Shown here: piece after piece, positions 38,340-52,937 of the stretch
Position numbering within the stretch: the stretch's first letter is position 1
Layout of the letters: each line of letters begins with the position of its first letter
Translations under genes and position numbers: made by a program
NCBI GenBank assembly: GCA_951406725.2
Contig: OX597815.1
Location: forward strand, 113,026,001-113,090,000
Source of the DNA: Octopus vulgaris
Lineage: Eukaryota
Reading direction: 5' to 3'
DNA length: 64,000 nucleotides
Notes under the pieces: model-generated
Database searches by the model: none
Told to the model about the DNA's origin: nothing
Seen by the model: the letters and a program-made list of their open reading frames with translations, nothing else

Positions 38340-39060
38340 AATTAAATTTACGATGTAAACTTTGTGCGTTTGTTGAATGAAATGAAACATTAGGTTTTAC
38401 TTAAATTACGTCTGTCAAAACCAAAAATTTTAATATTTCTTATCACGTTTCTTACAACTTACTAAGTACAGTGTAAACGGCATGGATTTGTTTTGTTGGT
38501 GGCAAAATAAAAATTTTGCTGAATGAAATAAAAAAGATGCTAATTAACTTTACTAAATGAAGTTTGGTGTGAAAAATATTTCTTATCACGTTTCTTTGTA
38601 GGTAAATTTACGAAGTGCACTGTAAACGGCGGGAATCTGTTTATGTTGATGTTGATTACTAATATTTGTTCTGTTTTTCTTCTTATCTTTTATATACATA
38701 ATGAGATAAAAAGTTGTTAATAAGCTTTACTAAAAGAAGTGAACTATAAAATTAACATTTACTTTAAATCTGCGTCTATAATAACTATTCCTAAATACTT
38801 TGTAAATAAACTTAGAAATTACAGTGCACTCATATGGATATGTCAATATTGATGCAATATGCTAATAAATTTTACTATTTAAGATAAGATGGTTACAAAT
38901 TTATTATGTTTTCTAAATGAAATGAACTATAAAATTTATAAGGCTGTCTATATAATGAGGATTGAAATATTTCTCACTACATTGTAAATAAACTACGAAT
39001 TGCTGTGAAGATATGTGGACTTGACAATGATAATATAGAATGTTAATAATCTTTACGAGT
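38340..39060. repeat. Old degenerate tandem repeat (units ~145-180 bp)
   Basis: Recurring blocks aatatttcttatcacgtttctt, cagtgtaaacggc/cactgtaaacggc, tgaactataaaatt, ttgtaaataaact. Confidence 0.6.
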
Positions 39061-39484
39061 TGATGGGAGACAGTGGATTTTCTTCACCATTTCATGAGTA
39101 GTAGATTTACAGATATATCTACGACTTTCAGTGACTATTAGTAATTGAAGTTACATTAAACCTGAGCAGGGTGAAAGTTTCCAGGGCAGCAAAAAGCATG
39201 TGCATACTATACGGTGGTCATGCGTATATGTTATGTTGTTTATGTATATATATATATTAGGTCCTGGTAGGGTATAAAGATAGGTTATTTCCAGGGAAGC
39301 ACTCAATCCGAATTCTGGGTTATCAACACTATCGGAATCCAGACTAATACCGAAATTCATCAAGTCTGGAAAATCTTCGTTTCACGACGGTAAAACCGTT
39401 GTAGGAGTGTAGTGAATAGTAAACTATTTGGATTATAGTTTTATAGTTTATTCTTTGCCTTATTATTCGGCTGATATATGTATG

Positions 39485-39610
<126 letters not shown>

Positions 39611-40849
39611 TATTGTATCTGTGTGTGTACATATATAAACATATACTAGTGTGCACATATAAATATAAATATATGTGTGTGAGCGTTGTATGATTTTTCT
39701 TTGACTTTAATTTAAGTTCTTGAGAGAGTTCAAAGCAGTTTTGTGTTAAGCGAGCTCCCAGTGTTTGAATATGTGGTTGGGTTGGTGTGCTGGCTGAACT
39801 GTCGATGCATGCACCCAGATGTGTACATCTATTCACATAAGAATCTCAGATGGAGAATTTCTGGAATGTCTTAAAAACATAGCGTCCAACATAGACACGT
39901 TAGCATAGAAGACTATTCGTTATCTCGGATAATGAATACTCTCCCCTATAATTTTTTTTATATCCTTGGTTGTGGATAAATGATTTTAACGAAGCGGAGG
40001 TAAAGCAATGTATTCACATATGTAACTTTCGACTAACAACACGCGAGACTCCAACGACGAAAGAACCAGGTGTCAGCTATCGTAGATCGTGGAACTATCG
40101 TGAAAAATTCCAGTGGAACCAAGTCCAATACCAGTTCTACAGAAAGATTGAGAAAACCCCTCGATAGACGACATGAAGAAACTTGAAAAATATTGGGATA
40201 AGAAATACACAACATTCTCAAATTATGTATATATACGAGTGTTTGTGTATATGTAAACATAACTGTAAACAAAACAACCCCAACCGCATGTTAGTGATTC
40301 TCAAATAAAAGGGGAGATAATTTTTAAACTAAGAATTAAGCGTAGTTTAAAACTTAAAGCAAATCTAATTTTCAATGTTTAATGGAAAACTTTTTTTCCT
40401 TTATTCGTTCTAAACAATTTATTTATGACTTAAGAACATTTAATTAGTTTCATTTTAACAAGGTGAAATTTTCTGTCATTCCTGCAAAGCTGGTTTCGAC
40501 ATTGATAATTACTTCAGAACAATTTTTATGACAAAACATTCTGCCAAAACCTACTGACGTATTCCAATTGATTAGATTCAAGAACATATGGACGAGAATT
40601 TTATAGCGATAGAAACAACTTTTACCATCTACAGTTTTTTTAATTTCAAATCGATGGTGAAAGACAGAAAAATAAGAACGGAAAAAGCTATTTCATATTG
40701 TCTGTATTTATAATTGTAAATGTGTGTCTCACATGTATGTGTGTAAATGTATATGTATTAGATATGTGTACGATTTTTTAAAGTTTTTTTGTACGTCTTA
40801 CAAGCCACTTTCGCTTTTTTTAAGTTTTTATAAAATATTATTCTCGTTG

Positions 40850-41276
40850 TTGTTACTTTCCATCATCAATCGACCTTTTTATAAGCTCCACTTGGAAAGG
40901 AAAGTGAGAGCGGAGAGGGAAGTGCTACGTCTCAGTCGATTTGTGAAAAGATGGATGACTGTGGAAAAAATGTTAGAGTGAATGGCTCTACGCTAAGTAT
41001 GCACATGTAGATTGGGGAGCAGGAGAGAGGGCTCATACCTTTAATGGTCAAAGTAATCCTGGTTCTTTAGGGTTCCTTGATTGGCTCTAGCTGGAGTTAC
41101 TCCTGTATCAGGAGGACTGCATTAGTCATGCTATCAAATACTTTGTATACTGTGTATGCTTTTATCGCGTTTCACTGTCTTTACACTTTCTTTCTCTCCA
41201 TCCCTTATGTAAATCCCCACACAAATGTTCTTTCTTTGTAATGCTCTTCTATGCCCCAGTGGCTAATAAAAGAAAT
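40850..41276 (+). mobile_element. L1/Tx1-type LINE 3' end (ORF2 C-terminus + 3'UTR)
   Basis: FYKLHLERKVRAEREVLRLSRFVKRW resembles the ...ER..L....F..RW C-terminus of Tx1/L1 ORF2 (recognition from memory). Followed by a pyrimidine-rich UTR ending GCCCCAGTGGCTAATAAAAGAAAT. Confidence 0.6.
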
Positions 41277-41990
41277 TATCATATTATGAACTGGCTGAAT
41301 CGTCAGAGCGTCTAACAAAATGTCTTGTGGTATTTCTCACAACTCTTCACATTGCGATTTCAAATTTTTTTCTGAGGTTGGCTTCGCCGTTAATCTCTCC
41401 GAGATGGATGAAATGAAGTATCGTTCAAGCACTAGACTCAATCGTATCGAGTAACCCTATTTTCCCACCATACACACACACACACACAGATGAATTTTCA
41501 GGTCTTGTTTCTATACTAGAAGCACATATATGGAAGTTTATTGGCAGAATAGTTATAACGTCAGGTGAGACGCCTTGTGGTATTTGTTCTGGCTTTTCAT
41601 GTTTTGTGTTCAAATGCCGCCGAGGTTAACTTTACCTTTCATCCGATTACAATCGGTAAAATAAAGCATCGGCTACTTCTACTAACGTTAACACAAAGCC
41701 TAATGATAACATAAAATACCATTCAAGTACTAGGGTCGATGTAAGTTCAAGTTCTAGGGCTAAACTCCACATACCGGAAAATTGTAGGCCTTGTACCAAA
41801 AATTAAATGGAATATTGTTACAAGATCCCTTAGTTCTGAAAAAAAAAGAATCTATTATTTTTGAAAGTGGTAGCTTAATGTCTTTAAAGATCGTGCTAAG
41901 AAATATGCCTTTGTACATACATACATACATCCATATAGAAAGAGAGCGCGAGAGAGGACGGACAGTTGCAAACCAAACCAGAAATTATAT

Positions 41991-41993
41991 TAC

Positions 41994-42079
<86 letters not shown>

Positions 42080-42101
42080 CAGCAGCAGCAGCAGCAGTAG
42101 C

Positions 42102-42147
<46 letters not shown>

Positions 42148-42163
42148 CTTGTTGTTGTTGTTG
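41991..42163. repeat. (TAG)n(CAG)n(TAG)n(TTG)n microsatellite
   Basis: Directly visible. Confidence 0.95.
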
Positions 42164-43799
42164 TACAGTGTCTCTGAAAGGTCGAGCAGGGGTGGCAAAT
42201 GCAGACATCTCCTCCGTCATATATTACCGCCTGACTGTTTTGTTTTGTCCCAGTTTACGTCTGACCAAACTAGAGTGCATACTCTTTCATTTTCTGTAAA
42301 GGGGAGCGTTTCACTGATCAGGCGTTCCATTTGTTGTCAACAACCGTTCAATGGATCGCTTCCTTGACGGTGAGCAGGTGCGGTCACCGTTTGTCAGACT
42401 CGCTCTTCCGCAACTTGTCCTTTTGACTGATTCAAGCGTAGGCTGAGGCAAGTTGCTTGCCTCCTAGAATTTCGTCTGGTGCTCACAGTCCTCTGTCAGT
42501 CGGTCAATACAGTCGATGGAAGTTCCACTCTGGCGTTTCATAGAGGGTTAATGGCAGGTGGATGCGACACGACGTTCTCGGGGAGAATCTGGGCGGCGAC
42601 AAAAATCAACTGGCAGATCTGTTCCGGAGGACTTTCGGGCCGGAGCACAAAAATAATTTACAGAAATCTCTGACCTTGCAGTGCTACCGAGGAGTATTAT
42701 CAGTTCGGGATAAACTCATGACACCTCGTCTGATAAGGGTACACCAAGCACGTGCATTACAATCATATGTACCCGACATGGTAATCTCATATCAAAATAA
42801 ACAATGCATGACCTAGCAGGTGGGGCCCAATTAGAATTTTTTCTTCGGGCCGAGTATCCCATCCCATTCAAAATGTCCCTGAATAAGTCATTTAAGGGTG
42901 ATAAATGAAATCTCCATGTTTCCAGATGTGAATAATTCAAACCCCAAAGATTACCTTCAAATGTAGATGGATTTTGTTTGGCTGTTTTTTGTTTCTTATT
43001 TTTTTGTGGTGGGGAGAGCTTTTTGTTTCTTTCTTCGTCATGTTTGTATTGAACGCTTGCATTAGTACTTCTTAAACATTTTTAACTATTGCCCACTTTC
43101 TTTTGCTAACATTTTTTCATTGCCCCACCATACCACGAGTCATCACCCCTCCACTTATTTGCAATGCACACGCGCATGATATCAAGCTAAAGGAGCCTGC
43201 TTATTAGTTTGACGTGAACAAGCATCAGCCTATTATAAGCAAATATTATGAGCAAGGTGGTATATATTTCGCTTTTTCTTTACTTATACTCGTTCTGGAA
43301 TCTATTATTGTTAGCATTGTCGTTGTTCATGTGTTATTGTCATTTGTGTAATGATTGTGGCTAACAAGCAGTTTATAATAATAATATACTTTCAAATTAA
43401 TATTTAAATAGGAGACAATGACTGAAAGCACTAAACAGATGAATCTGTCGCCTCCTTTGCTTCCTAGCAACCGTATGTCATTTTTTTTTTTTTCATTCGG
43501 TATCACCCACTTTGAGAGGCACTGGTTTTCATAAACAGGGGAGATGTCTTTTTTCTGTATTCCGTCCGATTGGTGTGGAAAAGATTACATATGCTGGAAC
43601 AAACATTTTTTGCTGTTTGACAATTTTGAAAATATTTCTAAGCTCAGCATCCATTTAAGTAATAGTTGAAGGAGTCTCCCACAAAGATGATAGCGAACAT
43701 TTATGCTCCCTAACAAAAAATTTAACAGATATAAAAATGAAAGACAAACAGAAAAATTGTAATTAAACTAGCAGATTCATTCTTAGTAAATAAGAGACA

Positions 43800-44820
43800 G
43801 CTGTTAAAACGTTAGTTTTCTTAGCAGTGTAAAGGGGGACTCGCTGTACATAGAGCGTTTTCATGAAAAAATGGGAGTACCTTCTTGTTCGAAGAATTCA
43901 TACAAGAGTGTGCAAAGAGGAAAGGGACTCTAAAAACCACGATTACTCTAATATGCCGCTATATTGACAGGTACAAAAGCACTAAGTAGTGAATAACATG
44001 CTTTATACTCCTTCGAACTAGCTGAAGCAAAAGGAAGTGTATATCCGACCAACGAAATCGAGGATGGGAAGAGGAACATGCAGATCTTGTAAGCAACCCC
44101 TGCCAACAAGCCGGTACCGCAAACACAAGGGTCACAACCAGAGAAAGAAATTAGTAGACCAATACCAATGTTGACGCTTAGCTTATCGTTAACTTAGTGA
44201 CATAGTATGACCAGATGATGAGTGTCGAATTAACACGCAATATGCAAAGACCTGATGCCCCTGAAGACAACAAAGCTATTCCGGAGTTGTACCCAATGTT
44301 GCTGTAAAGAGGGACGCAATCAGATTTGTGGTGAAGGGCAGAAACCTCAACTGTTACATGTGTGATAAAAAGAGCTATTTTAAGGCCTTTCTGCTCGGAA
44401 AGAAAAAGGCATTAGACAACGACGGAGGCAGCAACAATATCGACAAATTCCAGAAACAGTTATTTCTAAGTTGTATGGATTGTAGCTCAGAGATTTAGCG
44501 AAAGAAATCATCTCCACTTCAGTGCTAGGAGCCAGTAACGAAGAAGTTGAGTGGTTCCTTCTCTGGCTACAGCCATCAGCAGCACTGAATCATCTTGAAA
44601 TGAGCAGAAAGAATTATAGGTTGGCAGGCAAATTATCGGGAACAGCGGGTGTGGAGAAGAAGAAAGAAGATACAGAAAAGAAAAAGGAAATCTAAGCGAA
44701 AATGATTACTCACATGAAAAGGATACCGTTTGGCTATAGAACTACATGAAATTCACGGTTCTTCTATTGGTCAACAAAGAACTAATGGAACTAACGATGG
44801 AAGGAATAAAAAATAAACAA
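43800..44820 (+). pseudogene. Decayed gag-like LINE ORF1 with degenerate zinc knuckle
   Basis: ~44322-44395 reads RFVVKGRNLNCYMCDKKSYFKAF, a decayed (V)V.GR..C..C....H....C knuckle. Purine-rich downstream region ends AATAAAAAATAAA. Many stops and frameshifts. Confidence 0.5.
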
Positions 44821-45065
44821 TGTTTTGACTAGGAAAGAGATGAGATTTGATTTTGGTTGGGTAACATAAAACTTTCAGTGAAAACCACGCTGTAATTATT
44901 TAGAATATATTGCTGACTTCTAGTCATCTTAGAAATTATTATTGTCTGCTTATTTCAATTTGTTCTCTTTTTTGCATGAATTTTGGTTATGGTGACAGAA
45001 TATTGTGCATTTTATATTAATTTTATCTTCTCTCTTTTTTGTCAATATTTTTTCCTTGTTATATA

Positions 45066-45768
45066 CGATGGAGAGTCAAAAAGTATACGCACTCTTGCTT
45101 TTCCAATGTATTTACACAAAAGCAGGGGATAAACAAGTACGCCATTTTTCTACATAGTATCCTTCATTTTCAATGCACTTGGTCAAGCGGTCTACAAGCT
45201 TGCGTATTCCCTTCAAGAAGAAGGTTTTTGGTTGGTCGTGCAACCATTTATACACTAATTTCTTCACATTATCCGTAGGAAATCGACGACCTTGTAAACC
45301 AACTTTGAAAGGTTCAAAGATATGATAGTTGGAAGGGATGAGATCTCGAATGTAGGCAGGATGTTCCAGCACCCCAAAACCCAGTTGATTAATGGTTTAT
45401 AGACGGCCCGTGTGTGGGTATGAACTGTCATGAAACAACAGGCTTTCTTCGAGAACTGGCTTCGATGTTTGGTGCAAATTGCTGACTTCAATTTGTTGGC
45501 CAGCAAAGCACTGTATCTTGCACTGTTGATCGTACACCCCTTCTCCAGAGAAATCGGATCACTGCTATTTGTTCTTCCTTGGTGCACATTGCTAGTGGAG
45601 CGGCCATGCTTAACTGTAACGCCAGAAAGAAGAATGATGCGATCAAGCTCAAACTTCGATCACGTGACCACAAATGTACCAACTATAAATGCGCATGCAC
45701 AAAAGGCAGTGTGACAATAATAAAGATATGCTATGACTAAAGTGCAGATAATATTTGATTTACCCTCG
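45066..45768 (-). mobile_element. Internally deleted mariner element
   Basis: TA-flanked imperfect TIRs (CGATGGAGAGTCAAAAAGTATACGCACT / AGTGCAGATAATATTTGATTTACCCTCG). Fragments CTKEEQIAVIRFLW, TINSARYS.LL..LKSAI, LEHPAY..DL.PS.YH.F, GIRKLV.R..KCIE.EG.YVEK. Confidence 0.88.
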
Positions 45769-45827
45769 TATATTTTCAGAAATCTAATTCAGATAATTCC
45801 ATAGTAAATAATCCTTCCTAATATAGG

Positions 45828-46015
45828 CACAAGGCTGAAATTTACAAGGAGGAGTCAGTCGACCCCACTATTTGACTAGTATTTATTTCATTGACCCCGA
45901 AAGAATGAAAGGAAAAGTTGACTTAGATGACATTTAAACTCAAACCCTAAAGACGAGCAAAATGTCGCTAAGCATTTTGACCGGTATCAGAACGATTCGG
46001 CCAGCTCGCCGCCTT
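45828..46015 (-). mobile_element. SINE family B, old copy
   Basis: Reverse complement of the family B head and core (CCAGCTCGCCGCC at the right end). Confidence 0.75.
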
Positions 46016-46328
46016 TTCATGGTTAATAATAACTAAGTTACTGTCACAAATTCAATACATTCAGCTTTCACAATTTATGCAAAACATCAGTCTGAGTTTA
46101 TGAAAATAATATCATAAGTAAATGCATGAAAACCTGTAAAGCTTAATTGGAAAATATGCGCTTTTTGCAATATACAAAGATCATTTTATATAGATAACAT
46201 CTATAACATCTGTTATATCTGTTGTGCTTAGCAAAATGGGCAATCAAGGTTCGAGTCTTTCGAATCTTCAGTTTCAATACATTCTTGCTAGCATTCGATT
46301 GTGTTTTCAGATAAGACATTTTATTCTG

Positions 46329-46575
46329 CATCACCTAGCCATCTAAAATAGCGACAAATTAAGATTATCCCTGGAAATAGTAGACTTATATCATCACCTA
46401 ATAGGTTAAAAAGCAGAAAAACAAAATTAATCCTGCAAATTGTAGATCTATAAAATCATCTAACAGTTTAAAATAGCTTCAAATTAAATCAACTCTGTAG
46501 CTTGTAGGCTTATATAGTCACCTAGTAGTCTAAAATAGCTACAAATCAAGATTAGAACTGCAAATAACAGAGATA
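46329..46575. repeat. Diverged minisatellite, ~62-bp unit x4
   Basis: Units start tcacctag/tcacctaa/tcatctaa/tcacctag near 46331, 46394, 46456 and 46518, each with ..taaaatagc..caaatt..ctgcaaat..tagac. Confidence 0.7.
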
Positions 46576-46936
46576 TTTTCATATAACAGTCTATATTGAA
46601 TAGAGTAATCAGTCAAAGCTTACAATTAGAAATACGTGCGTCACAGATAATGATGTTCATTTTACCGTCTAACCAATTTGCTTTGTTATTAAATTTCATA
46701 ATTATGAGGTAAACATAATTTCAGCGACATAATAATTAAAGAGTAATTAAAGGTTAACTACACTTCTGATGATGACAGTGGACAAAGGTATCTCTGCAAA
46801 CACCAGTTTTACATATTTGTTCGTCTATGTTTCATTGATATACATTGGTCAAAGATAATTTCTATGTGAGCATATATGTACATGTATGTATATATAATAT
46901 AAATAGTGCGTGTGCATATACATATATATATATATA

Positions 46937-47234
<298 letters not shown>

Positions 47235-47703
47235 TATATATATATATATATAATTGTGCATACTGTTTCCTTTAGAGCACCACATAGATTTTCATAATCC
47301 AGTTTGCTTTCTGTATAGTTGTTAACTAAGTAACTGGGTAGTATTACTAGTTATGAACAAATGTACGAAAAATAAGGATAAGCTCACGTTTATGTTTTAA
47401 AGTTCCTTCGCACATTTCACCATTATGGTTGTTTGCAACACTTGGCTAAATGTTCTAAATGCATATCGAAGCTCAACCGCAACGGATCCTCATGGAACAC
47501 TTTTCTGTAACAAGTCGCATATAACAAACGCACTTGGGAACATTAACATAAACTTGATTTTATCCTTATTCTTCATGCATTGACTGCAGCATCAGGGCGC
47601 TTTAGCTCTTATTTCTAAACACACGCACACACACACGCGCGCGCGCATACATACATACGTACGTACGTACGTACATCCATCCATCCATCCATACATACAT
47701 ACA

Positions 47704-47735
<32 letters not shown>

Positions 47736-48522
47736 CATATAAAATCATATAAGTAATTTATTTATTGTTAAATATAACAGTAATAAATTATTTACATGTG
47801 TTTAAGTTACGAAACAATCTGTCGTGATATTAGAATTTTCGTATTGTTAAATAGAATTTCATCAAACTATTTCTCTTCATTTATGACCTTATACATTCCT
47901 TGTTTTCTCTCGTATCGTACAATATATTCTATGTTTTGAAGACTGATACATTAAGGAACATTTTTATGAGTACTACTGAATTACTTAAATCCATCCATCC
48001 ATCCATCCATCCATCCATACATACATACATACATACATACATACATACATAGTACTTATTCTATCGGTCCATTTTAGGTAATTAAATAAGACGTAATCAA
48101 ACCAACGCCGGTTGTTACAGAGACTCAAACTGAAACACAAAAACGCATCAACACACACATAAATACTCACATACATGTGCACGCGCGCTCTGGTGTGTGT
48201 GTGACTCTATGTGTTTGTGTGCGAATATTTCTCCACACAAATAAACTACACTGGTTTACAAGCAACACTGGTCAATAGTTGTGACTGCTTTGTCATTGTT
48301 TGGGTCATTTTTGTCACAAATGCAGTAAAGTCGTAGTTCTTCGCCTGAGATTTATAGCCCTTTTGGACAAATCTGTGCTCTGAAGACGCAGCAATATACT
48401 TAAAAGGATTGTGATTTTTATCACGTTGTTGGCATCCTTTTTGTCTCGGGAGACAATGGAGTTGTGCATAAACTAATCCAGTCTGGTTTTTACATTTCAT
48501 ATCCTCTCTAGTTTTGCGCAGA

Positions 48523-48812
48523 CCTGGACTAGATGTAAGAAAATCCTGGGTAGCCCAATCGCCAGGATTCCTCTCTCGACCTTGCTAACGTAGTCCAAAG
48601 GAGTGCAGAGCATTACGTTTTTGGCACCAGCTGGGTTGCAGGAGCTGCCGGAAGAGCGTCGAGTTAAACACTAAACCACCTACGGAGCTCCACTCCGGAT
48701 TTCTTTGAAGGTTGTCTCCTTTCCGTAACCTTGGATAGGGGCCCATACCGGGTACTGTCAGCCGGAACCAGCTGAACCCGGGACTCGTGTCAGGTAGGAT
48801 CGTCACTCCCTG
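48523..48812 (-). mobile_element. RTE-type LINE 5' region fragment
   Basis: Minus strand GAAATCCGGAGTGGAGCTCC...GGCAGCTCCTGCAACCCAGCTGGTGCCAAAAACGTAATGCTC resembles RTE/BovB-type 5'UTR sequence (from memory). Confidence 0.5.
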
Positions 48813-49152
48813 AAATAGTGAAGAAAATCGCTACCCACTACCTAATAAACATATAAATCAGAAAAAATATACTTGTTTTAAGCACATTTTCAAAAATAAT
48901 CTTTGGTTGTATTGAGACATGAATAGTGTGTTTTAGTATCAATCAACAGAAAATGATGATTGATGATGTGTCAAAATCGACAATTACGTTAAGTTTTCGC
49001 CTTCTTAATAATTTCCACAGAAGCTGGACGTGAACGGGGTGGGGCATTATTTCACACGAATATCTAAAACGAGGAATATTTGGAGTGGAATGCTCTAAGA
49101 AAATAAGGATACTAACTGAGCCATATTCAATTCATCTTTCTTTTTTTAACAT

Positions 49153-49332
49153 AGGCTCAAGTGTGGCTGTGTGGTAAGAAGTTTGCTTGCCAACCACATG
49201 GTTCCGGGTTCAGTCCCACTGCGTGACACTGCGTGACACTGCGTGACACTGCGGGCAAGTGTCTTCTACTATAGCCACGAGTTGAACAAAGCCTTATGGT
49301 TGAATTTGGTAGGCGGAAACGGAAAAAAGCTA

Positions 49333-49389
<57 letters not shown>

Positions 49390-49597
49390 CCACCTCTTGA
49401 CAATCAGTGTTCTTCTGTTTATGTGCCGGTAACTTAGCAGTTCGGCAAAAGATTCCGATAGAATAAGTGCCAGTTTCCAAAAAAATCGCATATTAAATAA
49501 GTTACTGAGGTCGATTCATTCAACTAAAAATGCTTCAATGCAATGCCCAAGCATGGCCGCAATCTAATGACTGAAACCAGTAAACGAAAAAGGATAA
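49153..49597 (+). mobile_element. SINE family A with internal 10-bp triplication (ACTGCGTGAC x3)
   Basis: Colinear with the 14153 copy; internal (TG)n(AG)n. Confidence 0.85.
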
Positions 49598-50104
49598 AAC
49601 CGATAAGAAGGGAATGTTTGCCAAGTGTCGACCTTCGAAAGACAACACTGAGCTACAACAGGCTGATCACACAAAAACCACGCAAAACCACATCCACACT
49701 GTCTATATATCTCTCACTTTTTCTATTTGACTGTTATATATTGTATAAATTGCTTCCATGTCATTTTGTTTATCATTCTCTTGTCACATTGCAATAAATT
49801 ACATATAACCACACACGTAGGTGTCCACAGAGTAAACACCTTATTTGAGGCACACCATTGCATTGCATTGTATATGTGTGCTGTATGTGTGTGTGTGTAA
49901 TGTATGTGTGCATGCAGTAGGTGTAATGTTTGTGCATCTGCGTTTGTGTGTGTGCGTGTGCGTGTGAATAAAGCATTTTTAGTGGCAAAAAATAAAGCTA
50001 TTGTAGCCTTTTCGTATTACGTATCTTTAAGTGTGTGTGCATATATGTCAATATGTTAAGGACATGTATACATACATACATACATATATACATACATACA
50101 TACA

Positions 50105-50137
<33 letters not shown>

Positions 50138-52646
50138 TACAGTTACTGCTCGGTACTAACACTTGCATACACACACACACAATATTTATATAAGCAATAC
50201 ATAAAGATGAAATCGATTGTTCTCTTAAACAGGAACAGCACAGATGTGGCTTTTCAATCTTGCAAGTGAACTACATTCTTTTGTACGGATTTCCTAATGA
50301 TGGGGGCATCTTGCAGTAGCTGTTCAGTGAACTTGTCATCTACACTGTCCCATGTCTTCATACCATTATGATTATGACATTTTTCATTGATTGCTTTCCT
50401 TTTTCTGGTTACGGCCAACCCATAGTATGCAATACATAATAGTGATGTTCAAAATCAAGCGATGCTTGTACCTAAAGTGAAGAAAGCTTTGCACATGGTC
50501 AATCCCACTCTCTGAGCAACGTAGGCATTAGACTACAAAGACGAACTGTTGTACATCATTGAATGTGAAGTAAGGGATTACGGCAGAGTTTTCTTTTTAG
50601 AGAAAGGTCTAAGCAAAGACTAGGGATCTGTCACTCCCAGCTTTGGATAGCCTTGATTCTACTGTATTCATCCACCATTTGTCAGGAGTTTTTTTTTCCT
50701 TTTATCCTATGGGGTGTCCAGCGAAAAGCACCTTCCTTACCAAAGAGGCTTTGTAAGGTTACGACTAGTTGTTCAGGGTTACAGTTTTCCAGTTGCAGTA
50801 GTACAAAGAGTCACCGAATATATATGCACACTTTATATACATTTACGGATGTGTGTATTGTGGATCTGAGGAGCGTATAAGAGAAACCTGAAATGGATGA
50901 TTCATGAGTTGAGGCCATTTTCCAATAAAAATAGATTAACTCAGCAGTGATATGAAGTATTTTATTGAATAGTAGCTTTTTTGTTAAATAATAAGTAGGT
51001 CTTGTTTGTGTGTGTGTGTTTGTGTATGTACATGAACATATATAAATAAGAATTTTATTTTACATTTAATTGTATTGAGTTCTTGCTGCGTTCTTCTTAA
51101 TTCATGCTCTGTTCCCTTTAGTGTATGAAGTAAGTTAGTCTTCTCATGTATGTGTGTGTGTGAGTACGTGCGCGGTCGTATGTATGAGTGTGTGTACGGA
51201 GAGACAGATTGGTAGATAGAAAGACAGACAAGCAGGCATACATAAATAAATAGGTAAACTAATAGACAGACAGACAGACTGACGCACACTCATGCATACA
51301 CATTGAGTGACTGATTAGTAGACAGATTGATTGATTGATGTCTCCTTATCAGGTATCCCATCATTATTGCAATGAGCACATGCTGCTTTGAACTACCTCA
51401 TTGGACAATGGTTCCACCTAGGTTGACATGACACATCTATGTTTTAACATCTCACACATATTATATCCCTGCCCCTCTAAGTTACTTTTTTCCCATCACA
51501 TTTATCGGGAAGACATCAAGATGTCTAAACTCAACATCAACCGTTTCGATCTCCTTAGACCCTTAGGGTTGCTCTTTTCATTGTGAAAACAATTAAGTCA
51601 CATATAATGGTCATAAATGTGTATTCATCACGTTGATTTCATAACCAAAGACAAGACCAAATCTATTTGATACGACAAATTGATTATATCAACATCTGTA
51701 CTTGACCAGAACTTTATTCTATCGTCCCACTTGAAAGATGAAAGGTAAATTCGATTTCGATGGGATTTCAATTCACCTGGTGAAGAGCTGTAACTAAATA
51801 TCGCAAAGCATTTTGTCGGGTGTGATGCCAAAGATATGTACATTATTACGCAATACAATGAAATGGGACGGTGGGTTGCAGAATCGGTAGATCGAGAGGC
51901 AGAATGCTTTGCAATTATTAGTTTTGCCCCTTGGGAACAGCTTTGCGTTAATGGGTAAATTTGCCGTTTTGAGTAAATTTGTCTTTTATCGGATAGTAAT
52001 AAAACAGTACAAGCCAATCACGAAGATCGATCTAATAGAATATAACCTCTCTCCAAATGTATGTAACAACGTGCCTCTGCTAGAAATCAATAATGCAATG
52101 AAACACACATCGTATTACGATTCATCTGGCATACACACACAAAACACACACACTCACAAACATACACAAACACACACACTCACTCAGACATTGCAATTCG
52201 CTAATAAGATCGTTAAAGAAGCTTATGTCTTAATTGCGAGGCTGAACAACTAACTTATTCAGAGATTTATATCCACTCTCATTTCCCATAATATTGAGTA
52301 GCCAAGTTTACAGCATAAACATATAATATAAACTGAAGCAAAATCTCACAAAGAAAATACATTTACATAAATATTAGAAATAGATCAAGTTTAATTAGAA
52401 CACTCATCAGCTGAAACTAATTAGTAATGCGATTTTCTTTCTTTTGATTACATTACCTTAGAGAAACTACATTACTTTAGCGAAACAGACATTAATATAA
52501 CAAAAGTAACAAATAAACCCCATTATTTCCTCTAAAGCTAATTTATTTTTCTACAGCCCAGAATATATACACATAAGTATGAATGTGCGTGTGTGAGAAG
52601 AGAGAGAGAGAGTATTTGGCTGTGTAACTGTGAGTGTGTGCTTGCT

Positions 52647-52735
<89 letters not shown>

Positions 52736-52783
52736 ATCTATCTAAATATTCATACATAAATACATATATACATTGAAGCATAG

Positions 52784-52937
<154 letters not shown>

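Noticed and set aside
46329-46575. CRISPR-like array
   Set aside because: Eukaryotic context; units are diverged along their whole length with no constant repeat/unique spacer alternation and no cas genes.
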